Assembly: GCA_026984135.1 (NCBI GenBank)
Contig: JALSSR010000090.1
Span: forward strand, 2,451 to 66,450
Length of the DNA stretch: 64,000 bases
Direction: 5' to 3'
DNA from: Bacteroidales bacterium
GTDB taxonomy: Bacteria; Bacteroidota; Bacteroidia; Bacteroidales; JAADJA01
The notes under the pieces are model-generated. The model was not told where the DNA came from. It made no database searches and saw only the letters and a program-made list of their open reading frames with translations. The translations under genes and the position numbers were made by a program. Positions 1-10,400 of the stretch are shown piece after piece. Positions within the stretch are counted from its first letter, which is position 1; each line of letters starts with the position of its first letter.

Positions 1-2481
1 AATTTCGGTGCTTATACAGTTTCTTTAACTGCTACTAATGCTTACGGAAGTAATACGAATACTAAAACCGATTACATCCACGTAGGACAGCCCGGCCTAT
101 GGAAAGGGGGTTGGAATCAAAACCCCACCGACTGGGACACAAAGCAAAACTGGGAAAACGGAGAAGTGCCACTTGCAACCACCAATGTCTCAATAACGGG
201 AGCTGCTATTTACTGGCCTGTTAAATTCGGAAACCTTACCGTAGGAACCGATTGCAACAGCTTAAATATGGGCAGTGGGATTACCGAATTGACCGTTACC
301 GGCGACCTTACAATTCAGGCGGGTAAAACCTTTTATGTTGACCCTTCCGGTACGGCTACAATTAAAGTTGCTGGTAATTGGACAGCAACAGGTACTTTTA
401 CACCCGGAGCAAGTACTGTGGAATTTTACGGGAACACAAACTGTACAACCAGTGGACCATCGGGAACTATGACAATTTTTAGTGATAGTTTTGAAAGTGC
501 CTCGGGTTGGACATTATCAGGTGAATTTGAAATAGGGAATCCAGGTGGATTAGGTGGTTCTGCACATGGTAATCCCGATCCTAATTCCGCTTATTCGGGT
601 ACCGGTGTCCTTGGTGTGGATTTAACCGGACTGGGAGCTAATAACGGTGATTATGAACCTAGTTTGGGCATTAGGGCTTATCAAGCAGTTTCACCCACTA
701 TAAATTGTTCGGGATTTACAAATGTTTCAATGAATTTTCAAAGATATCTGAATGTAGAACAAAATTCATACGATCATGCATATATTGACATTAGCAATGA
801 TAACGGTTCTTCTTGGACAAATATCTGGGCAAATGGAAGTTCAACAATTACAGATGCTTCCTGGAGCTTACAAACCATAAATATTTCAGCTTATGCAGAT
901 AATCAGGCACAGGTAAAAATAAGATTTTGTATTGGAGCAACTGATGGAAGCTGGCAATATAGCGGCTGGAACATTGATGATTTTCAACTTACCGGAAACG
1001 GTTCTTTTCCGGCAGTATTCAATAACCTGACAATAAAAAAATCCAACGCCCTTGTCTCCACTAACAGTAATGTAGATGTACAACAGGCATTTATAATTGA
1101 ACCGGGAGCATACTTTACAAACTCAACGGGTAATACTTTTAATGTTTTCGGTAATGCCCTGTTTATGGCCGATCCGGGTGGAATGGCTTCATTCATAGAT
1201 AACGGAACAAGTAATTTCTCCAATCCACCGCAGGTACAGTTGTTTTTGGCTGACGGTACCCCTGGTTCGTGGCATTTCCTGTCATCTCCCGTTACGGGAG
1301 CACAATCGGGTCTCTTCACAGGGACATATCTTTATTGGTTTGACGAAACACAGGATAAGTGGGTTAATATTGTTCCTCAGAACGTAACCTTAAACACAAT
1401 GCAAGGCTATTCCAATTGGGTTCCCAACGGAACTCCCGGGTTTGTTACTTTCCAGGGACCCTTACATAACGGACCGTATTCCATATCTCTAACAAACAGT
1501 AATACAGCTAACTCTCCCGGCTGGAACCTTGTCGGTAACCCCTATCCCTCATCATTGGACTGGGATGCGACAGGCTGGACAAAAAACAATATGGATAACA
1601 CAATATACTATTACAGCGGAAACAACGGCGGTTTGAGTAACTATCATTATTATGTGGGCTCGGGAACAGCACCTTATACAGGCGTGGCGGTAAATGACGG
1701 TACCAATGAAATTCCGCCGTTACAAGGATTCTTTGTTCACGCAACCTCCAACGGAACACTCGGTGTATCGAACAGTCAAAGAATACACAGCAATCAGTCT
1801 TATTATAAGGAGGATACTGATTACCCCATAATACGCATTCTTGCCGAAGGAGACGGACTTAAAGACGAAAGCGTTATAAGATTTCTTGACGGATCTACGG
1901 ATGAGTTCGATGGCGATTACGATGCTTTCAAACTGTTTGCCGATAATTATCCTCAGGTTTACACTCTGACACCTTCGGGAACGGAGCTTGCCATCAGCAC
2001 ACTTCCGGAAATAACCGAAGACCTGGTAGTGCCGGTATCCTTTAATGCACCTGCCGAAGGAACATACACTTTCACTTTCACTGAAATTGCAAACTTTGAT
2101 CAACAGGGTGACCTCTACCTTGAAGACCTCCTGACAGGTGATATTCAGAAAGTTAATGAGAATACGATTTACACTTTCGACCATTCACCGCTGAACGATG
2201 ATAACAGATTCCTGCTCCACTTCAGCAATCCGCTCGGAGTAGAAGAAAATGACGGCAACAACATATCCATACATTCATATAACAATGTTGTTTATGTAAA
2301 CCGTCCTGCAAACTTCACGGGCACCGTCACGATATACGATATGCTCGGACAGCAAATAACCTCACAAAAAGCCGAAGGAGAAGGAATGACAACCATTCCC
2401 GTAACCAACGGAACAGGTTATTACGTTGTAAAAGTACAATCGGACAATAAACTGGTAACACGCAAAGTGTTCATCAGATAG
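1..2481 (+). CDS. T9SS-secreted surface protein, 5' end outside the window (PKD tail, MAM/jelly-roll-like domain, family-specific C-terminal region, Por/T9SS type-A CTD)
   Basis: Frame 1 is open from nt 1. It reads NFGAYTVSLTATNAYGSNTNTKTDYIHV, the end of a PKD domain, with the same motif as in the 11402 gene. The listed GTG start at 166 is therefore internal. The last ~72 aa (2263-2478, ...TGYYVVKVQSDNKLVTRKVFIR) fit the T9SS CTD pattern. The C-terminal half is paralogous to the 3240 and 7440 genes. Confidence 0.85.
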   Translation, partial: NFGAYTVSLTATNAYGSNTNTKTDYIHVGQPGLWKGGWNQNPTDWDTKQNWENGEVPLATTNVSITGAAIYWPVKFGNLTVGTDCNSLNMGSGITELTVTGDLTIQAGKTFYVDPSGTATIKVAGNWTATGTFTPGASTVEFYGNTNCTTSGPSGTMTIFSDSFESASGWTLSGEFEIGNPGGLGGSAHGNPDPNSAYSGTGVLGVDLTGLGANNGDYEPSLGIRAYQAVSPTINCSGFTNVSMNFQRYLNVEQNSYDHAYIDISNDNGSSWTNIWANGSSTITDASWSLQTINISAYADNQAQVKIRFCIGATDGSWQYSGWNIDDFQLTGNGSFPAVFNNLTIKKSNALVSTNSNVDVQQAFIIEPGAYFTNSTGNTFNVFGNALFMADPGGMASFIDNGTSNFSNPPQVQLFLADGTPGSWHFLSSPVTGAQSGLFTGTYLYWFDETQDKWVNIVPQNVTLNTMQGYSNWVPNGTPGFVTFQGPLHNGPYSISLTNSNTANSPGWNLVGNPYPSSLDWDATGWTKNNMDNTIYYYSGNNGGLSNYHYYVGSGTAPYTGVAVNDGTNEIPPLQGFFVHATSNGTLGVSNSQRIHSNQSYYKEDTDYPIIRILAEGDGLKDESVIRFLDGSTDEFDGDYDAFKLFADNYPQVYTLTPSGTELAISTLPEITEDLVVPVSFNAPAEGTYTFTFTEIANFDQQGDLYLEDLLTGDIQKVNENTIYTFDHSPLNDDNRFLLHFSNPLGVEENDGNNISIHSYNNVVYVNRPANFTGTVTIYDMLGQQITSQKAEGEGMTTIPVTNGTGYYVVKVQSDNKLVTRKVFIR

Positions 2482-2509
2482 TAATTGAGTGTGTTTCATA
2501 TTAAAAAAA

Positions 2510-2535
2510 GCCCTCCAATCATCGGAGGGCTTTTG
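2510..2535 (+). terminator. Rho-independent terminator of the first gene
   Basis: The stem is GCCCTCC (2510-2516) paired with GGAGGGC (2524-2530). It is followed by TTTTG and preceded by an A-run. Confidence 0.7.
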
Positions 2536-2703
2536 CATTACTTGTGTTTTTATAGGCTGTGTCCGTTCAGTACCGCCGCGAGAACAACCCGCCGTCATTG
2601 CAAACAAATGCCGGGCACGTGCGCCGGCGTAAAACAATCCGTTAGAATTTAGGGCTGCCGACATTGTCCGCCAAAGCTCGAAGAGCGACGGCGGACCGTT
2701 ATT

Positions 2704-3068
2704 TGCCGACTGCCGACTGAGTGCCGAACATTGCAGACTAATTTGCTACCCGTAAAATAAATATCACGCAGCGACGCAACGACGCAGCGTTTTTGTAAAA
2801 TGTTTTTAACGTTTATTTCCGACTGAAGATGCCGACCTTCGGTCGAGCATGCACGAAGCGAAGCTTCGGCACTGCCGACTGAAGACTGAGTGCCGAACAT
2901 TTCAGACTAATTTGCTACCCGTAAAATAAATATCACGCGGCGACGCAACGACGCAGCGTTTTTGTAAAAATGTTTTTAACGATTATTTCCGACTGATGAC
3001 TGCCAACTGAAGACTGCCGATACCGACCTCCGGTCGAGCATGCACGAAGCAAAGCTTCGGCACTGCCG
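2704..3068. repeat. Two tandem copies of a ~169-bp GC-rich structured unit, plus a short TGCCGACTG(A) micro-repeat
   Basis: CTGAGTGCCGAACAT starts at 2717 and again at 2886. Copy 2 carries a ~20-nt insertion. Each unit is bounded by the 9-nt inverted repeat AGTGCCGAA...TTCGGCACT and contains the hairpins CGACC-TTC/TCC-GGTCG and CGAAGC-GAA/AAA-GCTTCG. Confidence 0.8.
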
Positions 3069-3081
3069 CTTAAAAATAATT

Positions 3082-3112
3082 TTTGCTGTTTCAAATTATT
3101 GTTATAAATTTG
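3082..3112 (+). promoter_or_regulatory. Bacteroidota sigma-A type promoter (-33 TTTG / -7 TAAATTTG)
   Basis: TTTG lies at 3082-3085. After a 19-nt spacer, TAAATTTG lies at 3105-3112, 128 nt upstream of the ATG at 3240. Confidence 0.45.
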
Positions 3113-3239
3113 CATATTAATTATCAAACCTTAACTTGATATTGCTGTTCTTTTTTACAAATGAAACATTTTAATAAAATTAAAGTATAATCGGCGATAT
3201 GGAATAATGTATAATTAGTAATCAATTAAAATAGTTATT

Positions 3240-6200
3240 ATGAAAAAAGTATTATCATTGCTTATGGGAGTTTTGATCAGTGTTATGGTATTTGGCCAGA
3301 CACAGATCTATTTTGACAATTTTGAGACTCCGCCCTATAACGTGCCCGGTAAATTATCGGCACAAAATCCCGACTGGGTCACCTGGGACAATCTGCCGGG
3401 TACAGACCAGGATGCAGACATCTCAAATCTTTACAGCCATAACGGTTCGCAGTCCGTTCAAATTAATACGGACAACGGAACCGACAACGATGTTGTGTTT
3501 GTCACAAAATCAAAAACAGCAGGATTTTACAAGATTGGGTTCTATATGTATGTCCCCACCGGTAAATCCGCCTATTTTAATATTCAACAGGAATTTGACC
3601 CTTCTACATCAACTTATGCCTGGGGTATGCAGGTCTATTTCAGGGTTAACGGAACCACACAGGTTGATGCAGGCGGACAGGGTGCTGCAAGTCCCAATTA
3701 CACGCAAAATACCTGGATATACAATGAGGTATTTGTTGATCTTGACAATGATTATGCAGAATACTATCTTGATAATCAGTTTGTTGTTTCCTGGCAATTC
3801 AGTACCGGTTGGAACGGAAACGGCAATACCAATCAACTTGCAGGTATTGACCTTTATGCCTGGAATCAAAATAACGGTACTGCCGAAAGTTATGTTGACG
3901 ACTTCAACTTTATCCAGCTAAAAGCACCTGAAAACCTTTCTTATACTTTATATGGAAACGATGTTAACCTGACCTGGGACACACCGCCCACAAAAGCATT
4001 GGCAGGATTTATTATTTATCGCGACGGTGCACCCATTGACACGGTACCCACAAACATTTATACGGATGCCGACAGGGATGCAGGCACTTACAACTATTAT
4101 GTAACCGCATTATATGAGGACGGAGTTGAGAATCCGGATGAATCGGGTACCTCAAATACGGTAACGGCAACTGTTGACTTCTATAATTTTGAAGACGGTA
4201 CTGCCGGAACCGACCAGGTTGCCTGCTATTACGGATTACCCTGGAATACCTGGGACAACAATCCCTGCTCAATTACGGATGCATATATTGTTTCGACACA
4301 GGCTTACAGTGGTTCCAATTCAGTAGAGGTTACAGGCAGCACCGACCTCGTTTATGATGCCGGAAATGTAACAAGCGGTACATACAAACTTAGTTTTTAT
4401 ATGTACATCCCTACCGGTAATAAAGGATACTTTAATGTTCTGCAAGAGTTTGACCCTCAAAACAGCAATTACTCGTGGGGTATGCAGGTAACATTGGAAA
4501 ACGGTACGGCCACGGTTGATGCCGACGGCCAGGCTTCAGCTACTTACACATACTCACCGGACACCTGGGGATATCAGGAGTTATTTGTTAACCTTGATAT
4601 TGATACCGCATATTACTATTTCAACAGTTCTCTTGTTAAAAGTTGGAAATGGAGTAAAGGCACATTCGGAAATAACAATCTGAATCAACTCGGCGGTGTT
4701 GACTTTTATGCTCTTGACGGTGCCACAAACGGACTGTATTATTTTGATGATTATAGCATTTCGGAAGTTATTCCTCCTTCAAATCTATCCTATTCACTTG
4801 TTTCAACAAATATTAACCTTACATGGGATGCACCTGCAAACTCAAAGTTACCTTTATTGGGATATAATGTTTACAGGGATAATGTTAAAATAAACACATC
4901 TGTTGTTACTTCCGAGGCTTATACCGATGCAAATATGGCTGCAGGAACTTACAGCTACTATGTAACAGCCGTTTATGACGACGGTGCACAGGCTGATGAC
5001 GAGTCAGGACCTTCAAATACGGTTACCGTGGGTATCGGATATCAAAATACTCTTGATTTTGACGGAGTCAATGACTATGTAAAGCTACCAAATACGACGG
5101 ATATCAATACAAGCACGACACCATATACCGACAGGACGGTGGAAGTATGGTTTTATGCCGCCGATGTTAATAAAACGACAAAGCAGGTTATTTATGAAGA
5201 AGGAGGTGGAACAAGAGGTTTGAACATATACCTTGACGGCGGAAGACTTTATGTCGGCGGATGGAACAAGCCGAGTTCCGAAACAAACTGGGCACCGGGA
5301 ACATATCTCTACACAAGTACGGTATCTTCCAACAGATGGCATCATGTAACTTTAAGGCTTGAGAATGGAACCGGTTCCGTTCAGCCTGATAAATTCAAAG
5401 GATTCCTTGATGGTACTGAATTTGGCTCGGGTAGCGGTTCTCAACTATATAAACACGGTGGTGATGTTTGCATAGGTAGAAGCGGTGGAACAAATTTTCA
5501 TGACCTAAACAACGCCGGTACAGGCTATTTTTTCGAAGGCAAAATTGATGAAGTGCGTATTTGGAATGAAGCCCGTACGGTTCAGCAGATACGTGATGAT
5601 ATGTACAGAGAACTTGTTGATCCCGTATCCGAAACAAATCTTGCAGCTTATTACCAATTTAATCAAAATGCAGGTACTTCTTTGCCCGACAACTCTTCGA
5701 CAGCACATAACGGTACTTTAAACAATATGGACCCTGCAACAGACTGGGTTTCCTCTACAGCACCAATTCCTTATTATACAGTTCAAAACGGTAACTGGAC
5801 AACAGATGCTACCTGGGCTACAGGTCAGATGGCTCCTGTAAATGACTGGTCAAGAGTAATCATTGATCATAACGTTGTTTTGGATTTCAATCAGGGACTT
5901 TACGACCTTGTTATAAACGGCGGAGCTTCATTATCGGTTGATCCGGGTTACGGTTTAACAATGAATGGTGATATTGCAAACTATGCCGGTACTACAGGAC
6001 TTGTTCTTAAAGCCGATGCTACGGGTATGGGACAACTTATTCACAGTACTGCAGGTGTGGAAGCTACCGTTGAGGAGTATCTCAGTTCACAGCAATGGCA
6101 TTACGTTTCTTCACCCATCACCAATGCAACTATTGAGACTTACTTTAACATCTACCTGATGACTTTTAACGAGCCTACAGGTTCCTGGACATATCTTGTA

Positions 6201-7286
6201 AATCCGGTAACAACACCAATGAATACCGGACAAGGATATGCCGCCTGGGCATCCAATGCACTGACGGGAAATACCACAGTCAACTATGAAGGCAGTCTTA
6301 ATACGGGAGATATTACCTATTCGTCACTTGATTATACACCTATCAGTAATAATACGGGTTATAATCTGGTCGGTAATCCTTTCCCAAGTTCTTTGGAATG
6401 GAACAGCAACTGGACAACAAATAATGTTGATGCAACAGCCTATTTCTGGGACGGTTCTCAAAATGTTAACTGGAATGCCAATACGGGAATGGGAACCGCT
6501 TCAAGCGGAATGATACCTCCGACTCAAGGATTTGTCGTTATGGCTAATGCTTCCGGTGCCAGTTTTACATTCCCTCAAAGTGAAAGAAAGATAGGAACGC
6601 AATCTTTCTATAAAGATGCTTCTGCTATTTCCCAAAGTGTTTCTTTGAAGGTTGACGGTAACGGTTATTCCGATAAAATTATTATTGGATTTGCAGATGA
6701 TGCAACCGACTTGTTCGACCATAATTATGATGCTTACGATTTGAAAGGTATTCAGGAAGCCCCACAACTCTATACTATCGGTGATGTTGAATATTCCGTA
6801 AATATTTTGAATTCACAATCGGATGATATTGTGATTCCCGTTGGACTTGATGTAGGGGCAGAAGGAATCTATTCTTTGAGAGTTTCCGACATTGAAGGTT
6901 TTGATGGGAATAGCATTATCATTGAGGATTTAAAAGAAAATACCTTTACAGAACTTGGAGTTGATGATGTTTATAACTTCACCATTGATCCCAATGATAA
7001 TTCACACCGTTTCAATGTCCATTTCAAAGCAGGTTCAGCAGGTGTTGATGATAATATTGTTTCCGGTGTTTCTATCTACTCATTCGAAAATACCGTTTAT
7101 ATTAACAAGCCTGCAGACTTTACAGGTGTGGTAACCGTATTCAATATGATGGGACAGGAAATTTTAAACTCTAAGGCTTCTGCCGGAACAATGATTGATT
7201 TTAAAGTTACCGATGGTACGGGATATTATGTGGTTAAGCTACAGTCCGGTAACAGCCTTGTAACCAAGAAGGTATTTATCAAATAA
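3240..7286 (+). CDS. T9SS-secreted surface protein: duplicated jelly-roll + Fn3-like unit, LamG (Laminin_G_3-like) domain, family C-terminal region, Por CTD
   Basis: The signal peptide is MKKVLSLLMGVLISVMVFGQ. The LamG-like stretch is LDFDGVNDYV...WHHVTLRLENG...GKIDEVRIWNEART. The CTD spans 7068-7283 (...TGYYVVKLQSGNSLVTKKVFIK). Confidence 0.9.
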   Translation: MKKVLSLLMGVLISVMVFGQTQIYFDNFETPPYNVPGKLSAQNPDWVTWDNLPGTDQDADISNLYSHNGSQSVQINTDNGTDNDVVFVTKSKTAGFYKIGFYMYVPTGKSAYFNIQQEFDPSTSTYAWGMQVYFRVNGTTQVDAGGQGAASPNYTQNTWIYNEVFVDLDNDYAEYYLDNQFVVSWQFSTGWNGNGNTNQLAGIDLYAWNQNNGTAESYVDDFNFIQLKAPENLSYTLYGNDVNLTWDTPPTKALAGFIIYRDGAPIDTVPTNIYTDADRDAGTYNYYVTALYEDGVENPDESGTSNTVTATVDFYNFEDGTAGTDQVACYYGLPWNTWDNNPCSITDAYIVSTQAYSGSNSVEVTGSTDLVYDAGNVTSGTYKLSFYMYIPTGNKGYFNVLQEFDPQNSNYSWGMQVTLENGTATVDADGQASATYTYSPDTWGYQELFVNLDIDTAYYYFNSSLVKSWKWSKGTFGNNNLNQLGGVDFYALDGATNGLYYFDDYSISEVIPPSNLSYSLVSTNINLTWDAPANSKLPLLGYNVYRDNVKINTSVVTSEAYTDANMAAGTYSYYVTAVYDDGAQADDESGPSNTVTVGIGYQNTLDFDGVNDYVKLPNTTDINTSTTPYTDRTVEVWFYAADVNKTTKQVIYEEGGGTRGLNIYLDGGRLYVGGWNKPSSETNWAPGTYLYTSTVSSNRWHHVTLRLENGTGSVQPDKFKGFLDGTEFGSGSGSQLYKHGGDVCIGRSGGTNFHDLNNAGTGYFFEGKIDEVRIWNEARTVQQIRDDMYRELVDPVSETNLAAYYQFNQNAGTSLPDNSSTAHNGTLNNMDPATDWVSSTAPIPYYTVQNGNWTTDATWATGQMAPVNDWSRVIIDHNVVLDFNQGLYDLVINGGASLSVDPGYGLTMNGDIANYAGTTGLVLKADATGMGQLIHSTAGVEATVEEYLSSQQWHYVSSPITNATIETYFNIYLMTFNEPTGSWTYLVNPVTTPMNTGQGYAAWASNALTGNTTVNYEGSLNTGDITYSSLDYTPISNNTGYNLVGNPFPSSLEWNSNWTTNNVDATAYFWDGSQNVNWNANTGMGTASSGMIPPTQGFVVMANASGASFTFPQSERKIGTQSFYKDASAISQSVSLKVDGNGYSDKIIIGFADDATDLFDHNYDAYDLKGIQEAPQLYTIGDVEYSVNILNSQSDDIVIPVGLDVGAEGIYSLRVSDIEGFDGNSIIIEDLKENTFTELGVDDVYNFTIDPNDNSHRFNVHFKAGSAGVDDNIVSGVSIYSFENTVYINKPADFTGVVTVFNMMGQEILNSKASAGTMIDFKVTDGTGYYVVKLQSGNSLVTKKVFIK

Positions 7287-7330
7287 ACCGGTTTGGACAG
7301 TTCTTTTTTTAAAGAGAGAATTTATAATCA

Positions 7331-7365
7331 AAAAAACGTTGCGAAATTTCGCAACGTTTTTTTTT
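7331..7365 (+). terminator. Rho-independent (bidirectional-looking) terminator
   Basis: A perfect 24-nt palindrome, AACGTTGCGAAATTTCGCAACGTT (7335-7358), is flanked by an A-run and a T-run. Confidence 0.8.
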
Positions 7366-7393
7366 GATTTGCGTTAAAAATTCACTATCTTTG
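7363..7393 (+). promoter_or_regulatory. Promoter (-33 TTTG / -7 TATCTTTG)
   Basis: TTTG lies at 7363-7366. After a 19-nt spacer, TATCTTTG lies at 7386-7393. The ATG at 7440 is 47 nt downstream. Confidence 0.55.
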
Positions 7394-7439
7394 CACAAAA
7401 CCCTAAAAATAAATTGTTAAACCTTTAAATAAAATAACA

Positions 7440-10400
7440 ATGAAAAAAATCTATTTTATTTTGTTTTTTGTACTGTTTGCTTTTATAAGTAACGGACAGG
7501 TAACCATTTGGACTGAAGACTTCAGTTATCCAAGTGATGTAACTACAGGTCAGGGAAATCCTGCAATCACAACGTGGAACGCCGACGGACCGTCTTCCGT
7601 ATGGTTTTCAAATGCGTATATCAAAGTTAATAGCAGTACCGATGTTCTTGAAGGGAAAAGAACAACCGGAAGTAATTTTTTCGGGTCGTGGGATGTCGAA
7701 AATTGGGAGACCGATTCGGGTGATCCCATTGAGATTTCAGGTTATTATGACGTTTCCGTATCCATTGACCTGTCATCCGCCGTTGACGGAACAAATGACT
7801 ATATGCAGGTACAATACAGCCTCGACGGTAACTCAAACTGGGTTAACTTTCCCGGCTCACCTTTCAATGGTAACTTTGGAACGGTAACCACAACAGCATC
7901 AGGACTTAACGGTAATTTGCTATATTTGAAAATCAGGATGCATAATGATGCGACAACCGATTATTATTATGCCGATAACATTGTAGTTACAGGATATCAG
8001 TTGCCCCCGAAAACCGACTTTTATGCCGACTTATTGTTTGCCGATATAAACCAAACCGTAACATTAACAGATGCATCTACAAACAGCCCTACAAACTGGA
8101 CATGGTTCTTTTCAGGACCCGGAAACGTGACTTACGTTAACGGTACCAATTCGAACTCTCAAAATCCGCAAGTACAATTCGACACCTACGGTTTTTATAC
8201 CGTGTCACTTGTCACAAATACCGGTAATGAGTCCAAAACCGACTATATTGACATTGTTCACACTTATAATATGGGGAACACTACGGAAACAACATGTTCC
8301 GGTTTGTTTTACGATTCGGGAGGCCCCAACGGCGATTATTCTCCTGCAGAGGATTATGTTATGACATTTTTACCCTCAACCGCAGGTGCAAAACTGGAAA
8401 TAACTTTCAACTATTTCGATGTTGAACAATATTATACCATATTTGGGATAGAATTCGGTTCTTACCTTGAAATATTTGACGGGACAAATACATCGGCGCC
8501 TCAAATAGGCGGAAAGTATTTCGGGTCCAATTCACCCGGAACGGTTTCGGCAACCAATTCGCAAGGTGCTTTAACATTCAGATTTAATTCTGTCAACAGT
8601 TTGAATCAAAAGCCCGGTTGGGAAGCATCCATTAATTGTGTTCAGCCTGCCGAAAATGACTTTTGTGCTGATGCCACACCCATCAACGAGGTTACTAATC
8701 TTCCTTTCAGTACACTTGCTGCTACGCAAAGCGGAGTGAATCCCGGTTGCGGCGGTACCGACCCCGTGGATATCTGGTACGCATATACTGCAACTGTTAG
8801 CGGAGATGCAACATTCGACCTTTGCGGCAGTGAGTTTGACACGCGAATTGCCGTTTGGGATAATTGCGGTGGAAATTTACTCGCCTGTAATGATGATGAT
8901 TGCGGATATCAGTCTGCTGTCAACTTGCCTGTAACTATGGGTACAACATATTACGTTCAGGTCGGCGGTTATAATGATGATACCGGAAATGGTGATCTCA
9001 CTATTAATGTTATTGGCGAAGATCAGAATACACTGGACTTTAACGGTACGAATCAATATGTAAGTATTGGCAATTCCTCCGACATTAATACAGGTGGCCC
9101 CTATTCCGACAGAACAATAGAAGCCTGGTTTTATGCACAGGATGTTACCAAATCCGCAAAACAGGTTATCTTTGAGGAAGGAGGCGCCACAAGAGGATTT
9201 AATATTTATATTTACAGCGGGTCATTGTATGTCGGAGGTTGGAACAGAGACAACAATCAGGTTTTATGGACAGGAACATATCTTTCAACAAATACGATAT
9301 CCTCTCAAAGATGGCACCATGTTACTTTAAGACTTGAAAACGGAACCAACACGGTTGGAGCGGATAAGTTCAAAGGCTATCTTGACGGTGTTGAATTCGG
9401 TTCGGGTGACGGTGCCGCAGTGTATGCACATGGTGGAAATATCAGAGTAGGAATGAACGGTAGTACTCGTTTTCATGACGGAAACGATAACTCGGAAGGA
9501 GAATATTTTGAAGGCTATATTGAAGAATTAAGGATTTGGAATGAGGCAAGAACACTTTCCGACATTCGAAACGATATGTATCGCGAACTTCCTTATCCGA
9601 CATCGGAGGCTAATCTTGTCTGTTATTTTAAATTCAATCAAAGCAGCGGTACTTCCGTTCCGGATGAATCAATTAGCGGTAATCCGGGAACAACCCACAA
9701 TATGAACAATTCAAACTGGGTTGCTTCTACGGCACCCATTCCTTACGCCTCCGTTCAGCCCGGAAACTGGGATACCGATGTTACCTGGAATACGGGTCAA
9801 ATGTCACCTTTCAACGACTGGGCAAGAGTTATTGTTAATGATGCGGTTACTTTAAATCAGGATCAGGTATTGAAAGGATTGATAATAAATAGTACGGGAG
9901 CCTTGACTGTAGATGCGGGAAAACATCTTACAATGGACGGTAATTTGACAAACAGTGCCGGAACACTTGGCCTTGTTTTGAAAGCCGATGCATCGGGAAT
10001 GGCTTCCCTTATCCATAATAATACAGGTGTGGAAGCTACCGTTGAGCAACACTTCTCTCCAAGTGCATGGCATTTGGTTTCATCACCTCTGACAAATACA
10101 ATATCCGAGGATTATGTGGGAATATATTTATACTCCTGGTCCGAAGCGGATTCATCGTTTTCAAACATTGTTACAACATTGTATCCTCTGGAACCTACTC
10201 ACGGTTATTATGCATGGGCAACCGGCAGTGCAGCCGATGTTCAGTTTCAAGGCACATTGAATTCGGGTGATATGCCTGTTAACTGGATGACTTACACTCC
10301 GCAGGGCTATTCAAAACAGGATGGCTGGAACCTCGCAGGAAATCCATATCCGTCAGGATTGAAATGGGATAATACCTGGTCGCAAACTAATCTCGACCCG

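Noticed and set aside
2704-3068. I considered whether the tandem repeat is a CRISPR array.
   Set aside because: There are only two copies and the period is 169 bp. There is no alternation of short repeats with unique spacers, and there are no cas genes.
2362-3127. I considered the listed - strand ORFs 2362-2664, 2649-2900 and 2933-3127 as genes.
   Set aside because: They lie in the repeat or hairpin region or overlap the 3' end of the first gene. Two of them are simply translations of the two repeat copies (…AEA(S/L)LRACST(E/G)GR…). The composition is Arg/Ser/Cys-rich, and there is no promoter or signal.
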